DNA from: Octopus vulgaris
Lineage: Eukaryota
Assembly (NCBI GenBank): GCA_951406725.2
Contig: OX597814.1
Span: 74,648,001-74,712,000 of the forward strand
Length of the DNA stretch: 64,000 nt
Reading direction: 5' to 3'
Of the stretch, positions 12,688 through 26,942 are shown in pieces. Position 1 is the first letter of the stretch; each line of letters starts with the position of its first letter. The notes beneath the pieces were generated by a model, which made no database searches, was not told where the DNA came from, and was given only the letters and a program-made list of their open reading frames with translations. A program made the translations under genes and the position numbers.

Positions 12688-14789
12688 TATAAAGAGCGTA
12701 TAAAAACAATAAATTTTACTACCTTATTCGTAATTTGGGGAAATCTGTAAAAAAGATAGTAGAATCTACTATTACTTGCTCATGAACAACCTTCAAACTA
12801 AAACTACTCATTTGCAAAAGTACCCAACATACACCCATCTACCCGCACTGACAGTTCGATTATGGGACAGTTTATTAAATCCTGAAGACTGTAACCAAAC
12901 TACAACCAACAGAAACAGGTCGTTTGTTACAGTGATCGAAGTATTCACATCGAAAATAACCATGCCTGGTGGGGAGGATGTTAGTCCGGATAAACTTTAA
13001 CCACAGTAGTTACCATTGACCCAATACGAAGTCATGGCTGTATTTTGCGACAATCACTTTAGGAAATATATAAAAAGGGACACTATATTATTCTAGACTT
13101 AATGATATTTTGCATTATTTTTACAAATCAGCTGTCTGTCTCATCTTCACACTCCCGACTTTGAAAGTTTCCAAAATGTAGACTAGGACTTATTTCATTT
13201 ACAATAACATAACCTTTAGGTGCTTTGATTTGATAATATCATGGCAAAGGTTATCAAACTACCTCAGTTCATTTCTGTGTGTAGTGAGGCAATAATACCC
13301 TTGATTTTACTATTAAACATTTCTCATTCCAACCATAATTGTATTCTCTTGTGTTGTATCAATGAGTATGAAAATTCACTTTACTAGTGTAGTCTCCCTG
13401 TTTAACACAATATTATGGATGAGATGTATCATGGAGGTTGTTCTCAAGACTGTCTGCACACTTTAATTTGCGCTCTTTTTCATTTCAGTTACGTTGATAG
13501 GGAACAACAGATAACGAAAATTAAGAAAACTTTTTAACAGTGCCTATTTTCTCGATATTTAATAAACATTAATTCTGTTAGTGGGTGGAGAATTTTTTAT
13601 TTTAAAGATCTGTATTTAATTCAAGCAGTTTTATTTCGAGTACTAGGCATATATTTGTTGATATGATGCACTAAAATTAAGCCTATAGTTTAAAGTTATA
13701 TGCCAATAGTAACTGTATTTATAGTTTTAAACAGACTGGACATAGATTGAAAAAACATAACAGTATACTTTTTAAAAAAAAGCGCTAACCCTCACGCTGC
13801 TTTCGTTTACTATTCTTTCTTTTCGTGTCATCTCTGTCACATAAGCAGAGCAAAACCTTTCAAAGATACACTTGGGGAGTAGTTGAACTAAGAGCTTCTA
13901 ACTAACGGACCCGTTGTCAAAATTATTGTTACGCTGGTGTTAAAGCGGTGAGTTTTTTTTTTTTCCTCAACAGCAATATTTATTTTCAAATAGGTAGCGC
14001 AACCTATTAGAGATGAATTATTCAGTGCCAAGATATAAACTACCGCATTTTCGGAGGGTTATTCGGCCTTATACTCTCAACTGCCAACGATTCTTTTCTA
14101 TTGTTGTTATGCAATGGAAGGCTATAACATTTTGTTGTTTGTAAAAATTTATTTGCATAATTCTGTTTAATATCGAGAAACACATAAAAATCAAACTCTG
14201 AAAGGTACTAGGCATGCATTAATATAGGCAAATTAAATATGTAAATATATTCTCTGAGGAATCACAATTTGAATTTATTTGATAATTTTCTTATTCATTA
14301 ATATATTTCCCTGTGATTTATTATGAAATATATTTTCTGTGATTATTCAATTAATCAATAACTGCGGGTTACCTTAATGGAAATTTATGAAAGCATACTT
14401 TAAAAAAATCAATCTACATAATTTTGTTCAATTCGAGGACACATAGTAAACCAAGCTGTTACAGAGTGACTTCACTTTAAGGTTTGATATTACGGCCATT
14501 AATGTCATTGTTTTCATCGTCAATCTGATAAAAATACACAAGTGTTATGAACGACCTAAAATACTCGGTATCGCTCAGATTAAAGACTCCGGAAAAGAGT
14601 ATTAATACTAAGAATACTAACGTCTAAAAGTAATCTACATAAATTATACTAAAGCTTTTTGATAGAAAATGAGCAAAAGTCTGGACGAAGCAGCTCTGTA
14701 GTATTTTTCCATTTCTTTTTTTTTGGAAAAACAGGTTAGCTGACATGGGAGGACTGGAAGTTATCTGAATATTGGGAAAGAGTTAACTG

Positions 14790-15873
14790 TATCACTTCAA
14801 ATATCAAATTGCCAGCATCATGACTGCTGCTCAGTTTTTTGGTGAACACTATAAAGACTGTAAGACGTGATATGGACAGCATCAACGGAAATTACGAAGC
14901 TGTGGCCAGCAGGGAAGGACACAGCAAGTGTTCTGAGTGCGTTCACGCGCCAGAATTCATCATCCAACTGCAGGACAAAGTGATAGAAGATCTGAGCAAG
15001 GGAATCAGGGCTTTGGCAAGGAAGGTGGGTGTTCGAGTCGTCACTATGAAACTGTCCCTGAATGAGGACCTTCTCTACCACTTGTACAAGAAGTGCAAGG
15101 AAAAGATTATGACAGCCAAGGAGAATCGCTTGACGAAGGCAAAGAATCGCCTGTAAAAGTTGAGGCATCCCGTTGAGCCGGGGATGATCTGGTTCTTCTC
15201 AGGTAAAAGAACTTCTGTCAGGACCAGTTGCACATCACTCAGTAAAACAGGTAGCATGCCTACAATCTATGTCATGTCCCACGTGTCTTGAAAACCAAGT
15301 TCTCCAAAGTGTGATGGCCTTCGAGTGTGTGTCCAGTGAGGGTGACGTCATGCTGCCCCACATCTTTGAACAGGGGCTTAGGCTCAAATTAGACAGATAT
15401 GTGTAGCTGATGGAGACTGTGATCAAATCCTGGCTGGAGCGAGTTGCTGCTAGAGGACCAAATGTGCGACAGCACGATTCGTCTGCTTGCCATCCCTCCA
15501 CGAAGCATCAGAAATGGCTGTCGGAGAAGTTTTGCGACTTTAGCCCCAGTTTTGAGCCTACATATTGTCCCGATTGTAATCCCATGGATTACTATGAATG
15601 GGGTGCAGTTGATGAAGATACCAACTGTTCTGCGTGCAACATGAAGGCCAAGATCAAGGTGTTCGAAGTTCTTCCCGAGGAATGCATGTACCAGGTTCCG
15701 GAGACCTATTGCGGCCGTGGTGGAAACTGAGAGTAGTTACTTTGAGCAAACTATTATCTCCCGGTCATATTCTAGATGTATTTTTGATTTTTTTTAGATA
15801 CTTTATTTTTGGATGGCACATTGTATTCTCTTTTCCTCTTGTACAAACTGTAAAATTTAGCCCGAACACCCTG
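14790..15873 (+). mobile_element. Decayed Tc1/mariner (maT/DD37D-like) transposon
   Basis: Fragments IRALARKVGV (HTH), VMAFECVSSEG, QHDSSACH and PDCNPMDYYEWG; 3' TIR-like end aaaatttagcccgaacaccctg. Confidence 0.75.
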
Positions 15874-16078
15874 ATATATATATAATATATATCCCGTATC
15901 TCCCATCCTCTATCTCTCATTAACCAGATACATAACGAACACTGTGAAAGTGACCGTGCTTTATCAGTAAGTTATCAGGTATAAACCATTCGTTTTATTA
16001 TCCAATATCTAATAATAATAACAACAACAACAACAACAACAACAACAATAATAATAATAATGATTATAATAATAATAA

Positions 16079-16129
<51 letters not shown>

Positions 16130-18660
16130 ACACACATGCATATACATATAAACTAGCATTTATCTTTTTTTTATAAGCGTCGAAATGTGTATTGTACGAT
16201 ACAAATAAGATATTTTTCGAACGCAGAACTGTCGTTAGAACAGCAGAAATACTGGGTAAATTACCCTTAAAGAGTGGAAAAAATTGTCATTTATGTTGTT
16301 GTTGCTATGGCTAATTCGCTTTAGATCAGCCTCGGTCGAGTAGGTCTATCGCATAATTCCATCATTCTTTCAGATACTGTGTATTTAGGACTACATTATC
16401 TTATACATGCATGCCTTTTTATAGTGGTGCGTAATATGAGGGCGATTTGGCTATTATTTGTAGCTGGTCGAGCTTCTACGCAGAGGCTCCCCTCATTGAC
16501 TGTGTATATGTATGTGCGTATGTATACCTGATTGTTGTCAATGATTAACATGTCCATGCATTACAGTATTATTTATTGTGTGTGTGTCTGTTTGAGAGAG
16601 AGTGTGTGTGTGTGTGTAACAGTATCTGTTTATACGTATATCATAAACTGAAAACCGTTAGCTGTGAAAGGAAATTATAAAAGTATAAATACATTCCTTG
16701 TATGCATTCGATGTACGATCATCAGAAGAGGCATATTCCATTTCTTTCCCCGATTGATAGCATTGTGTGTGTGTATGTGTGTGTTTGGGGGTGAATAGTG
16801 GGTCAGTAGCTACGTAGGGACTACTGTTCATTTTCCACAGTAACTCCGTTTCAAATTGTTAAATTTGTATTTTTCATCTGGTTTAAAACCTCTATGCCAT
16901 TCTTTCTTGAAGCGGCGTGTATTTCGTTCAAACACTCACCTACCTCCCTCTAATTTCATGCTTTAGAGCTGAACTGTCAATTCTTATTTTCTAAGTATTA
17001 AGGTAATAAATATTTCAGAGAATCATTTTTATGCTATACACATTTTTCTGAACGCCTAAGTAATGATTCATCCGCAAAAATGTAATTAGATTTGCAATAC
17101 ATTTCTAAAAGCACTTAAATAACAACGATTACTGTATAATACCTCTACGATATCATTTAGAAAAACGGTATAACAAGGCATTTTAAATTCTGTTGTAACA
17201 GCACTTAACTAAATGTCTGTATTTCTAACTTGAAGACCCACGCATTTAAATTTGGACGATTTTTCCGACAGTCTTTCTGTTCTCTTTGCTCACCTTCCTT
17301 ACTATGGTAACATGTTGAATCGTTAGAGAACATTCATGTGTTTAACCCATTAAAAATAGAGGGCCAGTGTAAAATTAATTTACATAAAACAATTCAATAC
17401 TCTATTTTCTACCCCATATAGAATATAAGGCAAGCCTCCAGCAGGTCCAGGGCCAAGCTTCAACTCTTGGTTGTATCTCTTTTCATTTCCTCTCTTTATA
17501 ATGGATATGAATATCACATCTGCTATTTCTGAATGCTAAAACATTTCAGGAGTCATTCCTACTTGGAGATAACAACTTGAAACCGTCTAGTAAGCTTTAA
17601 TAGTCAATTTCATTGTCTAACTGCAAGTTACGTGTAGAATCGAATAAACTATTAAAAAGAGAAGAAATTCATAATTAAGATATCAGATTCAGTTCCTCGT
17701 ATCTGATTATCATCACATCAAGGTTATTGTCTGATTAAGAATTCTGTCCATTCAGATCCATTTTTTAATCCCCATTTTTGAAGTTATATGGCGTTATTGA
17801 TAATATTTACCACCAAAACATGGCGTTTTTCGGATTATAAAAATCATTTCACGATTAAAGTGGATTCTCAGTTTCTAGACAAACATTGACCGTTAAATAG
17901 ATATTTTTTATAGATTAGTGCCAATATCATTGAATAATTTATGGTAGAGTGAATGTAATGAACCAACCTAAAGCTTTGCCATATCAAGTTATGTATTTGT
18001 ACGTTGTGAGTTAAAACTCAGCTTGATTTGATACTATTGAGTTCAAATCAAATCGAGGTTAACTTTGCATTTCATTCCTTTGGGGGTCGGTAAAATAAAG
18101 TAACAGTCGAGTACAAAGGTTGATTTAATCAGCTACTCCACTGCAATTTTTGTCTACGTTAGAAATAGGGTGGTTGTTTGTCAGAACTGTTAAAGCATCG
18201 GAGAAAACATATGTGGTATTTGTTTTAACTTTTATATATACTTCATTTAAGATATGTAGTTCATGATTAGATTATGCTTTCTTGAGGAAGTCTAATAAAG
18301 CCAGAACATGTTTGATATTATCATCATGCTGCTCAAGATCATCAGATTTCCTTCACACCGCATTAATATTTAATATTTCGATTAATTTAAATGTTGAGGT
18401 TATCTCTGTTATATTTTTTCAGAATTATCTTTAGTAAAATTTTAAATAATTAAAATCTCATAGTCTATTTCATCAAGTATTCTAGCAACGACTTTATCAC
18501 ACTGCGTAGGGCTGACTTCGCCTTTCATTATGTGGATCAGTAAAATAGATATCAGTAGAATGGATTATCATAAAAAACGTTAATATTGTTTCCTCTGTAT
18601 TCCAAAGAAGACCCCCTCCCCACCAAACGTAGTGTACTTCAATTAATCATAAACCCACTT

Positions 18661-19149
18661 GATAGTATGTTATCAACTTAATGTGACAGTCTCATGAAAG
18701 GGAAGAATGCTACTGTTATTTAGCCCTAGGAAACACCGTTTCTTGTTGGACTTGACACATTTCCTGTGTCCTTATGTTTTCAAAGTGGAGATAAGCACCT
18801 CCACCCAGCAAAGCCAGTACCCAGAGACTAGTTTCAGAGTCATTGCTCATCATCAGTCTGGAGTAGCATGGCCTGCTAGCTGTCGATGCCTATCCGCTTT
18901 TGAAAATATACATATTTCAAGTGAAGTACATTCACTGATTTTTTAAAACAGAAATAATACTTTGAAAACGTAAGGACACAGGAAATGTTTCAAGTCCAAC
19001 AGGAAACAGTGTTTCCTAGGGCTAAATAACAGTAGCCTTCTTCCCTTTCATGGGACTATCACATTAAGTTGACAACATACTGTCACTTTATCATGCTGCT
19101 ACTGCATAAATCACGCTGAGAGATTTAGAAATGTATTATTTCTATTTTT
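18661..19149. mobile_element. Palindromic (Penelope-like) element: ~125-bp inverted arms, central hammerhead motif, 12-bp flanking direct repeat
   Basis: Arms at 18660-18786 and 18959-19085; ataaacccactt at 18649-18660 and 19150-19161. Confidence 0.7.
18821..18861 (-). ncRNA. Minimal type I hammerhead ribozyme-like motif
   Basis: Minus strand ccaga-CTGATGA-tgagcaatgactct-GAAA-cta-GTC-tctgg: stem I ccaga/tctgg, conserved core, short palindromic stem III. Confidence 0.6.
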
Positions 19150-19439
19150 ATAAACCCACTTATTTGAAAACATTTAATTAGAAGGACCAAATGCTGTAAA
19201 TTCTACTTTTCATTTCTATCTACAAATTCACTTAATGCAAGCAACTCAACTAACATACATATTGCAATCCAAATGAACGAAACTTGATTGTCATGAGGGA
19301 TTTCATGAACTATGGTATTGATGACGATATAAATGAATATAAGTATTTTTCATTCCATTAGATGTGATGCATTTATCATAAAGCATTAGAGAAACTTTAA
19401 ACTAATTTTGTAATGTCCGGGAGAAAAGGTCAAATAATC

Positions 19440-19512
<73 letters not shown>

Positions 19513-20163
19513 CGCGCGTGTATGCATATATAAATATATACATACATATATATATATATACACACACATTGTGTAGATATTCCAATGAATTAACTGTACA
19601 TGCTGTACATGTTACGCATGTATCTAACCATTAAACAAATCAGTCAATAGCAAATTATACTTACTCTATCGGTCAGAAAGGGGACAGTTAAAATCTACAC
19701 GTTAGTTTTTGACACCTTTTTCTGAAACCCAAACAGTTTACACTGTCTATCAAGTGATCTGGTAGACACTTGCTGATTTATGTAAATACATTTTATCTGA
19801 AACTCGTTATACAATATGAGGTGCGCGATTCCAGTATTTCAAATCTTTGTCTATGCAGTATCCACATAAGCCTTTGTGCATCCATCATGTGTATACGCAG
19901 GATCAATTTCATTATAAAATTTTGTCACCGTAACCCACAAATCAAGAATAACTGAAAAAACTGAAAAATACCTTTTATTTCCTTGTTAGTAACAAACGGT
20001 AACTAAACACTGCTTTATATACTTCGTCTTTTTGGATAGGAAAAAATGGAATCAACCAGACCAGCTTGAATATTTAGTTGTGAATTCATTTGCAAACGAA
20101 CACCATCTTCAAATGTCCATGGGAAGGAACTACTGCTTATAAACCCATTATTGTTAAACGCTT

Positions 20164-23100
20164 GATTTCTTTTATTGGCCACACAGGGTCCAACACGGAG
20201 GAGACATTACAAGGACAGACAAGCGAATATGCACAGTGTGATTACAATGAAAATGACAAATATAATGAAATCGGATGGGTATTTAAAAATTTTACAGAAA
20301 TCGTTAAAAATTAAAAATTCCTATTGTGTATATACATCACCGGGTTAAGCCACCGCTGTTATCCGACGTATCCTTTTGTCGCTGAATGGCTACTCTTAGC
20401 CATTTCCATTCACTCGCAACTTTCTTACGACTGTCGTCCATCTTTTATTAAACGTACTATGCAACAGGTATTTCATCTCTAGCCGGATACTTTGGAGGTG
20501 GTTGTTGAAATAACTAACCAGCCCCTCCGGCCAGAGATGAGGGTACCTGTCGCGAACCCTTTCACACGTGTTCTCAATACCGTCTCTTTCAGTATGGCCA
20601 CTACGCAGAGAAAAGAAGCCCTCCTCTCTCTGTTCAGGGAGGAGGGTAGAACAATCTTAAATAATAGATTCAGCTGATAGCTGTACTCTTTCTGTCGTTG
20701 ATAACAGCTGTTCGATATAGGTTGTCAATTCCCTAATTTTCGCACACTGTACGAAGGCATGCAGGACAGTTTCACTGTCCCACCCGTATCTCAAACAGGT
20801 CGGTGGGATGGCACAACTGTGCCTTGACAACCTCTCTCGAACAGGTAAGGCTGATTGGTAACACAACTAGGTCAGGGATTTCTGGTAATTATCCAGATAC
20901 CCCGACCCGAACGTTTTTTCGATCTGGTTGGTTAACTGATTTCTATCGAAGCCCAGAGTCTCCTCCAGGGCATTCTCTGACATGAACTTACCCTCTATAG
21001 AAGTCCGCGGTGGAACCCCAGCTGCCGCGGTATTGCCCGCCCGGGAAAGTAGCGTGAGTGCCTGTCAGCACTCTAGCTGTCAATCACCCAGTCTGGGTCT
21101 CTGCTTGATCCAAGGACTTAACTCCCGGAGGGAGGTCAGTTGCGGTAAGAAAAACTTCACGAGCGGTGACCACACTTGCTCACTATCCAGGTTGAGCTAG
21201 ATGTACCTAAGCCTTAGCGCAAACTTGTGCATCTTCAACCATGGCATCCCTAGCCCACCCTTTAACGGTTTTTGGCAGCAGATATAGAGCGCCGTACAAG
21301 TGGTGTCCCTCTCCACAAAAAGCGGAAGAGGAAACGCTCCAACTTGCTCAGGCCCAAATCGGGCAAGGTACGATGGTCAGGCGGTAGGTGATAACGTCCT
21401 TCCAAACCAAATCTGGGTGAGGACAGTCACCTTACTTGTGACCTCACTCCAATTCTTCTCTACCTGGAGTTCCGGACCAAACCAGACCTCTAGCATCTTA
21501 AGCGGACCTTCCGTCAAACGTCCCACGGCGTTATTGGACGGCATCGACTTACCCCCTCCAGGTGTCGAGTTGCAAGCCGACTAACTTATCCTGGTTAATT
21601 TTTGCTACTGCCACTGTTTCGTATCTTCTGATGGCGTTTTCTTGACAAAGTAGCTGCCGGTCATCCGACACGATGATGGTGATGGTGGTGTCATCCAAAT
21701 GCGCGGTCGCAGTTCTTCCACAGTTTAGATCACGCGAAATGCCCCCTAAAGTCTCCAACATTCGCAGCAATGGCTCAAGAGCCAACACATACAAAAGCGG
21801 AGACAGGGGACATCCCTGGCGAAGAGAGCGCTTAATGTCGAACGGTTTCGAAAAGAAACCGCCCACTCGGACGATAGACTCGATGTTGCACTACAGAGCA
21901 GCGATCTAGCCGCGGAATGTTGGGCCCAGCCCGCCCACCCGAGAACCGCCGCCAGGTACCGATGTCAGCCCTATCGAATGCTTTAGACTGGTCTAAATGT
22001 ACCAGTGCCCCACCTTTGCCAGAAATTTTAACCACCCGCTCTAAGGTGTGGTGTATGAGGTGGAGATTGTCGCGTATCGTACTGCTGGAGGTGGCACACG
22101 TTTGTGTTTCCCCAACAAGGCTACCCACGACCCGCGCCAATCTCTTTGCTAGCACCTTGGCCAAAATCTTTAACTCTGTGTTTAACAGATTAATGGGCCT
22201 AAAGTTACTAATAATGTTACCCTTTTTAGGGTCCTTTCTGATCAGCGTCATCCCACACCGGCTCACATCCTTTGAAATTCTCCCATTCTGCTGCTAGTTG
22301 GAATAAACGCTGGCCAGTAGGTGCCCGAACAAGTCTGGCATATTTTTGAAAAACTCATAGGGCAGACCATCAAATCCCGGCGACTTTTCCCGGGGGCACT
22401 TGGACAGTACCTCCATGACTTCCTTAGCCGTGATCGGTCCTTCGCAAACTCAGCCTCTTGTGCCGAGACACGCGGGCCACCACCCAGGAGTCCTGAAGGG
22501 GCTCACCATTGTCCAGTGCCTCACTCCTCCCGAACAACTCGGCAAAGTGCTTGTAAAAGACCTCACACATCTTGTCCTTGATCAAACACTCCTGTTCATT
22601 GACTAAAGACCCAATTGCAGTATTATTGCCGTTCTGGGTCTCTACAGTGTGGGCTCACCCGGCAACAACGATTTTCTCGCTGCCTAACTCTACATCCCAC
22701 GTGTTTGGCTTTAAGGAGTTGCTCCAATGCCGATCTCTCTGTCAAAGCTTGGGATGCAGAGCCCAACCGTAATGCCTCTTCTAAGTCCTTGACTAGATCC
22801 CTTTCTACTCTAGTCTTATCTGAACTTAGCTTCTGGCTAAATCTAATCGACTCAAATCGAATGGCTCGTTTGAGGGCAAACCACCACATGTTATTCAACA
22901 TGGTGCCGGTTAATGCCCTCAGGACTAACTCCTTAACCCGACTACGGTATGCCTCACAAGACAAAATAGTCATTTTAGCTTCCAGTAGCCAGATCCCTGT
23001 CTATATACTGTATCTATGTTCATCCTACACGTCACTAGCTTGTGATCCGTGTAGGAGACCAGAACAAACTGTGGACAATTAAAGCTAGACCTATCTCTAG

Positions 23101-23331
23101 TACGAACTATTATTCTATCTAAATAAGACCTGAACAGCCCGTCGCCATTACTCCTGGTCCACGCTGGGACGCTCGGGTGATCAAGTCTGTAACGATCTCC
23201 CAGCTAAAACCGCTTAAGCAGATCGATGAGGCGTAAGTTTTCTTCCTATTAACTGAGCCAACACAATCCTGGTGTGCATTCAGGATAGCGTGTAAAATCT
23301 CATAACATCACTAATGTCTTCGATGTCACAC
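20164..23331 (-). mobile_element. 5'-truncated, decayed Tx1/L1-clade LINE (ORF2 pseudogene), paralog of the element at 36577-41824
   Basis: Minus-strand fragments NFRPINLLNTELKILAKVLAKRL, LDQSKAFDR, RQGCPLSPLLYVLALEPLL and WWFALKRAIRFESIR; 3' tail tgtctcctccgtgttggaccctgtgtggccaataaaagaaatc; candidate TSD tattgttaaacgctt (20149-20163) / tattactaaacgctt (23332-23346). Confidence 0.93.
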
Positions 23332-24224
23332 TATTACTAAACGCTTACGTAAATCGGAGAGTCTCATTTGCATTTGTAATAGTTTCCCCTCTCAAAGAAG
23401 GAAAATGGATGACCTGATCAATATATTTTAGCTAAAGGAAAAGAATGTTGCCCACTGGTTAAAAGAAATTAAAACATTAAACCTTCTGAATTATCATTTA
23501 AAAAAAATATATAACAGAAGTTACATGGAAGACACTGAAACTGTGAAACTGAAAAGTTTTTGATATTCGGAAAATTCAGAACATATAAATATATTCTTAA
23601 TTATAGTTAAACATAGAAATAAATGAAAAAGAATTATGAAGAAATATTCAGAAGAAATTAAATATAAATTAAGTATCGATTAAACTACCAATATATTCTT
23701 AATGCGTTTTTAAGGTATGTGTGCACGTAAACGTATTTGCATAAAATGAAGGAGTTTTGACGTGGCATTATTAAACAATGAATTTATCAAAAATACATTT
23801 GTAATTTGTTGAAAATTTAGAACTAATCCATTTTAAGTGTAAAATGCCTTTACAGAATATCAACTTAAATAAATATTTCAAAGTGTCATAGCGAAACACT
23901 AAATCTGTTGTGAACTTCATGCAGGTATAGCATGGATTCGATCCTCGATAGCCAAATTTCACTCAACAGTTCAACAGCACTTTTCTCACGGTAAAACATT
24001 AGCTTTTCTGTGAATGACAGCAGTTACATTTGCCAGATGCATTCACTAAGCAGAATAATGTCTTTGCCACTTGGCCCTTCTAACTTCTTCTGTTTCACCA
24101 ATAGCTAGAATAAAGATATCGCAGATCTCCAACGAAATCTATTGTTCCCAACAATATGTCTCTCATTCTAGCTGGTTTTGGATAGCAATAAAAACAAGCA
24201 CTCCGCAAGCCTCTCATCACCCTC

Positions 24225-24480
24225 ATAATTTAACAGCCACTTTACATGCTCGCATGGGTTGGACGGTTTGACATGAAGGTTGCTGTCCAGACTCCAACTG
24301 TCTATTGTAGCATGGTGTCTACGGCTTCCACTTCCTAATGCCAACCACTTAACAACCTAATGCTCTTCCTAACGCCAACCACTTAGAGTGTGATGGGTGT
24401 TCCTTATGAGCCATCGATACGGGTGTATTTACGCAGCACCAGCACAGGTGTATCAATGCAGCACTGGCACAGGTGCTTTA
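24225..24480. repeat. Interspersed repeat fragment, possibly an RTE-related 3' end
   Basis: tttaacagccactttacatgct...catgggttggacgg...cttcctaacgccaaccac with an internal duplication; family assignment is inference. Confidence 0.35.
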
Positions 24481-25914
24481 TCAGTGAGTGTGAACGGACA
24501 ATTAGAATCATGGCCACAAGCAGGCAGCCACTAGAGACCAAACGGCCAGAGGGAGAAAGTTACAATCAGTGACTACGCGAGTCAATTTCTCCCGATTCTC
24601 ACTTTCACTAACTCATTTTCTTTTCTCTGTAATATTACCACATCTCTCTCTATAAACTATTATGAGATCGTATATGCACATACAGGCCGAAATTAACTCT
24701 TTTTTCCTCACATGCTTTTCCATTTACTAACTATACATACTAACTCGTCATGGTTTTGGAAATATACAAAGTAATGGCAAATATATATCTCTTTACAACT
24801 TCAATCGCTCTTCATCTTTCATCTTGCATACTGGCAACCAACACCTTAACAACAACAACCGTTACAATTGGTGACGACTCCGACGTTCCATCCTATCGTT
24901 TATCAATTATTGTTTAACCGCTATAAATCTATCAGCAATTTATTTTTACACGTGGATTATTTTTTTAAAAAACATTTCAAAGTGTCATTGCCAAACAATA
25001 TATCAGTCGTTTGAGATATATTCATTCAATGTTATGATGAATAGATCGCCAACCGGGAGGTTTTCTCCTACTTTATGTAACAGTGGCTGTGTAGTTTAAG
25101 AGGTTTGCTAGGCGCAGGGATGACGTTGTGTTTAAGAAGTTCGGGTTTTCAAGCACGTGATTTCGGGTTCAGTACTATAGCACTGCACTTTGGGAAAATG
25201 CATTCTACTATAGCCCCTCTATGAGGGAATTGGGTAAAAGAAAACCTTGTGTGTGTGTGCGCGCGCCAGTGTATGCATCTTTGAAGTTGTTCTACTCACC
25301 GTTTGACAGCCAATGTTTGTTTACGTTACTGGTTTGACGAAAAGCGACCGATAAAATCATTTACTTACGTTAATGACTCCCTTAAGAAAGGCACTTAAAA
25401 TGGAAATTCTCTATTTTCTTTTCCTCCCCCTTTTAAATTTAGTGTCGTTGTGCTCACTCAAAACTACGACAAAGTAATTTTTTTAATTCATCATTACAAA
25501 AAGTCGATCAGATAGAAAACTGCATTCCTTGAGCCATCAATTTCTGATAGTATAAAAGATGCGGCATCTTGATATACAAGGTACCTTGGATACTTTATAC
25601 ACCCAATTAGTCATATACTATCCCCAGGAAAGAGCACAAGCCAATTTCTACCTAAGAGAAAGAAAGTAGTTAAGGAAAAAGCCGTTCCCAATACTAGATT
25701 AGTTCTTTACTGACTCAGGAAGATTGAAAAGCAAAGTTTACATTAAATAGAGCATTCTTCCGCAAGCTGCACTGATTAAATGTGACTTTCTTGCATTAAT
25801 AAAGGTTGCGAACGCTTAAGTTCATGAATAATATTTGCTTTATAGTCATTTATCTCCTCTAATTATTTGTTTCGCCATTATTTTTCCGCAAATGTCAACT
25901 ATGAGAGAAAGGGA

Positions 25915-25915
25915 A

Positions 25916-25981
<66 letters not shown>
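25915..25981. repeat. (GA)n microsatellite
   Basis: Direct reading. Confidence 0.95.
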
Positions 25982-26890
25982 TAAATAAAAGAGATTAAAA
26001 TTCGTGCTGTATCCTCAGGAAGTACTTCTGCAAATACTTGTTATCAAATGTCTATCTGTAAATGGTTTATCTTCAAGAAGCAAACTATGCAGAGAATCTG
26101 AAATTCTGCGTCAAGTATAATGGTTGCTGAGTATATCAAAAACTGGAATTCATGGTGTTATCTTTAATTCTGTAATTGCAATTATTTCAATAGAACGTGA
26201 GAAATCCATTTTATGAGCATAAATATCCCCGTTAATATCAATATAATAAATTCATAATCTTTATATATATATAAAACTGAGAATGTGTGTCTGTCTGTCT
26301 GCCTGTCTGTGTGTTTCCCTAAAACTTGAGAACTACACAACTAATTTCATTCAAATTTTACAGATGCCTTACTTATGGTCCGGGGAGTGTCATCGGCAAA
26401 ACAATTAACTTTTTGCCTAGGGCGAACCAACAGCAATATCATATCTTCTCCACTACGATTCCCTAAACTCGAGAACTACACAACCAATTTCATTCAAATT
26501 TTACACATGCCTTACTTAGGGTCCATGTAATTTCATGGGCAAAAAAATGTTCAACTTCTTGCCTAGAGCGAGCCCATTGCAATATCATATCTTCTCCACT
26601 ATTTCAGTATTACGTGTTAAAAGTGAAACAAAAACATTTCTCTATTTTATGTCAGATACTTTCACTTTAACAATAAAAATAATAACAATTGAATTATATG
26701 TAGTAAGTAATAATTAAAATCAAACTAAAGTATAATAAACTCGTAACATAAAAAAAGTAAAAATAGCAATTGGCATAAAATTGCATCAATGACTTGAACT
26801 TGAATAAGTGGTTTCACATGAATGGGAATAAATCAAAAATAAAATTAGCGTGCAGAAATGGAATAGTCCAGATGGATAATAAAAAATTAA

Positions 26891-26942
26891 ATTAAAGAAA
26901 AGACTATTGTCTATAAAGTATACAATGTAGAGGAAAAAAGGT
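26891..26942 (+). pseudogene. Left half of the decayed LINE ORF1 fragment (insertion target)
   Basis: Translates IKEKTIVYKVYNVEEKR, aligning with KRTITYRTWCVESKK, KRTISYRVFANERKR and NRRIIYKTFSITNRA in the neighbouring ORF1s. Confidence 0.65.
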
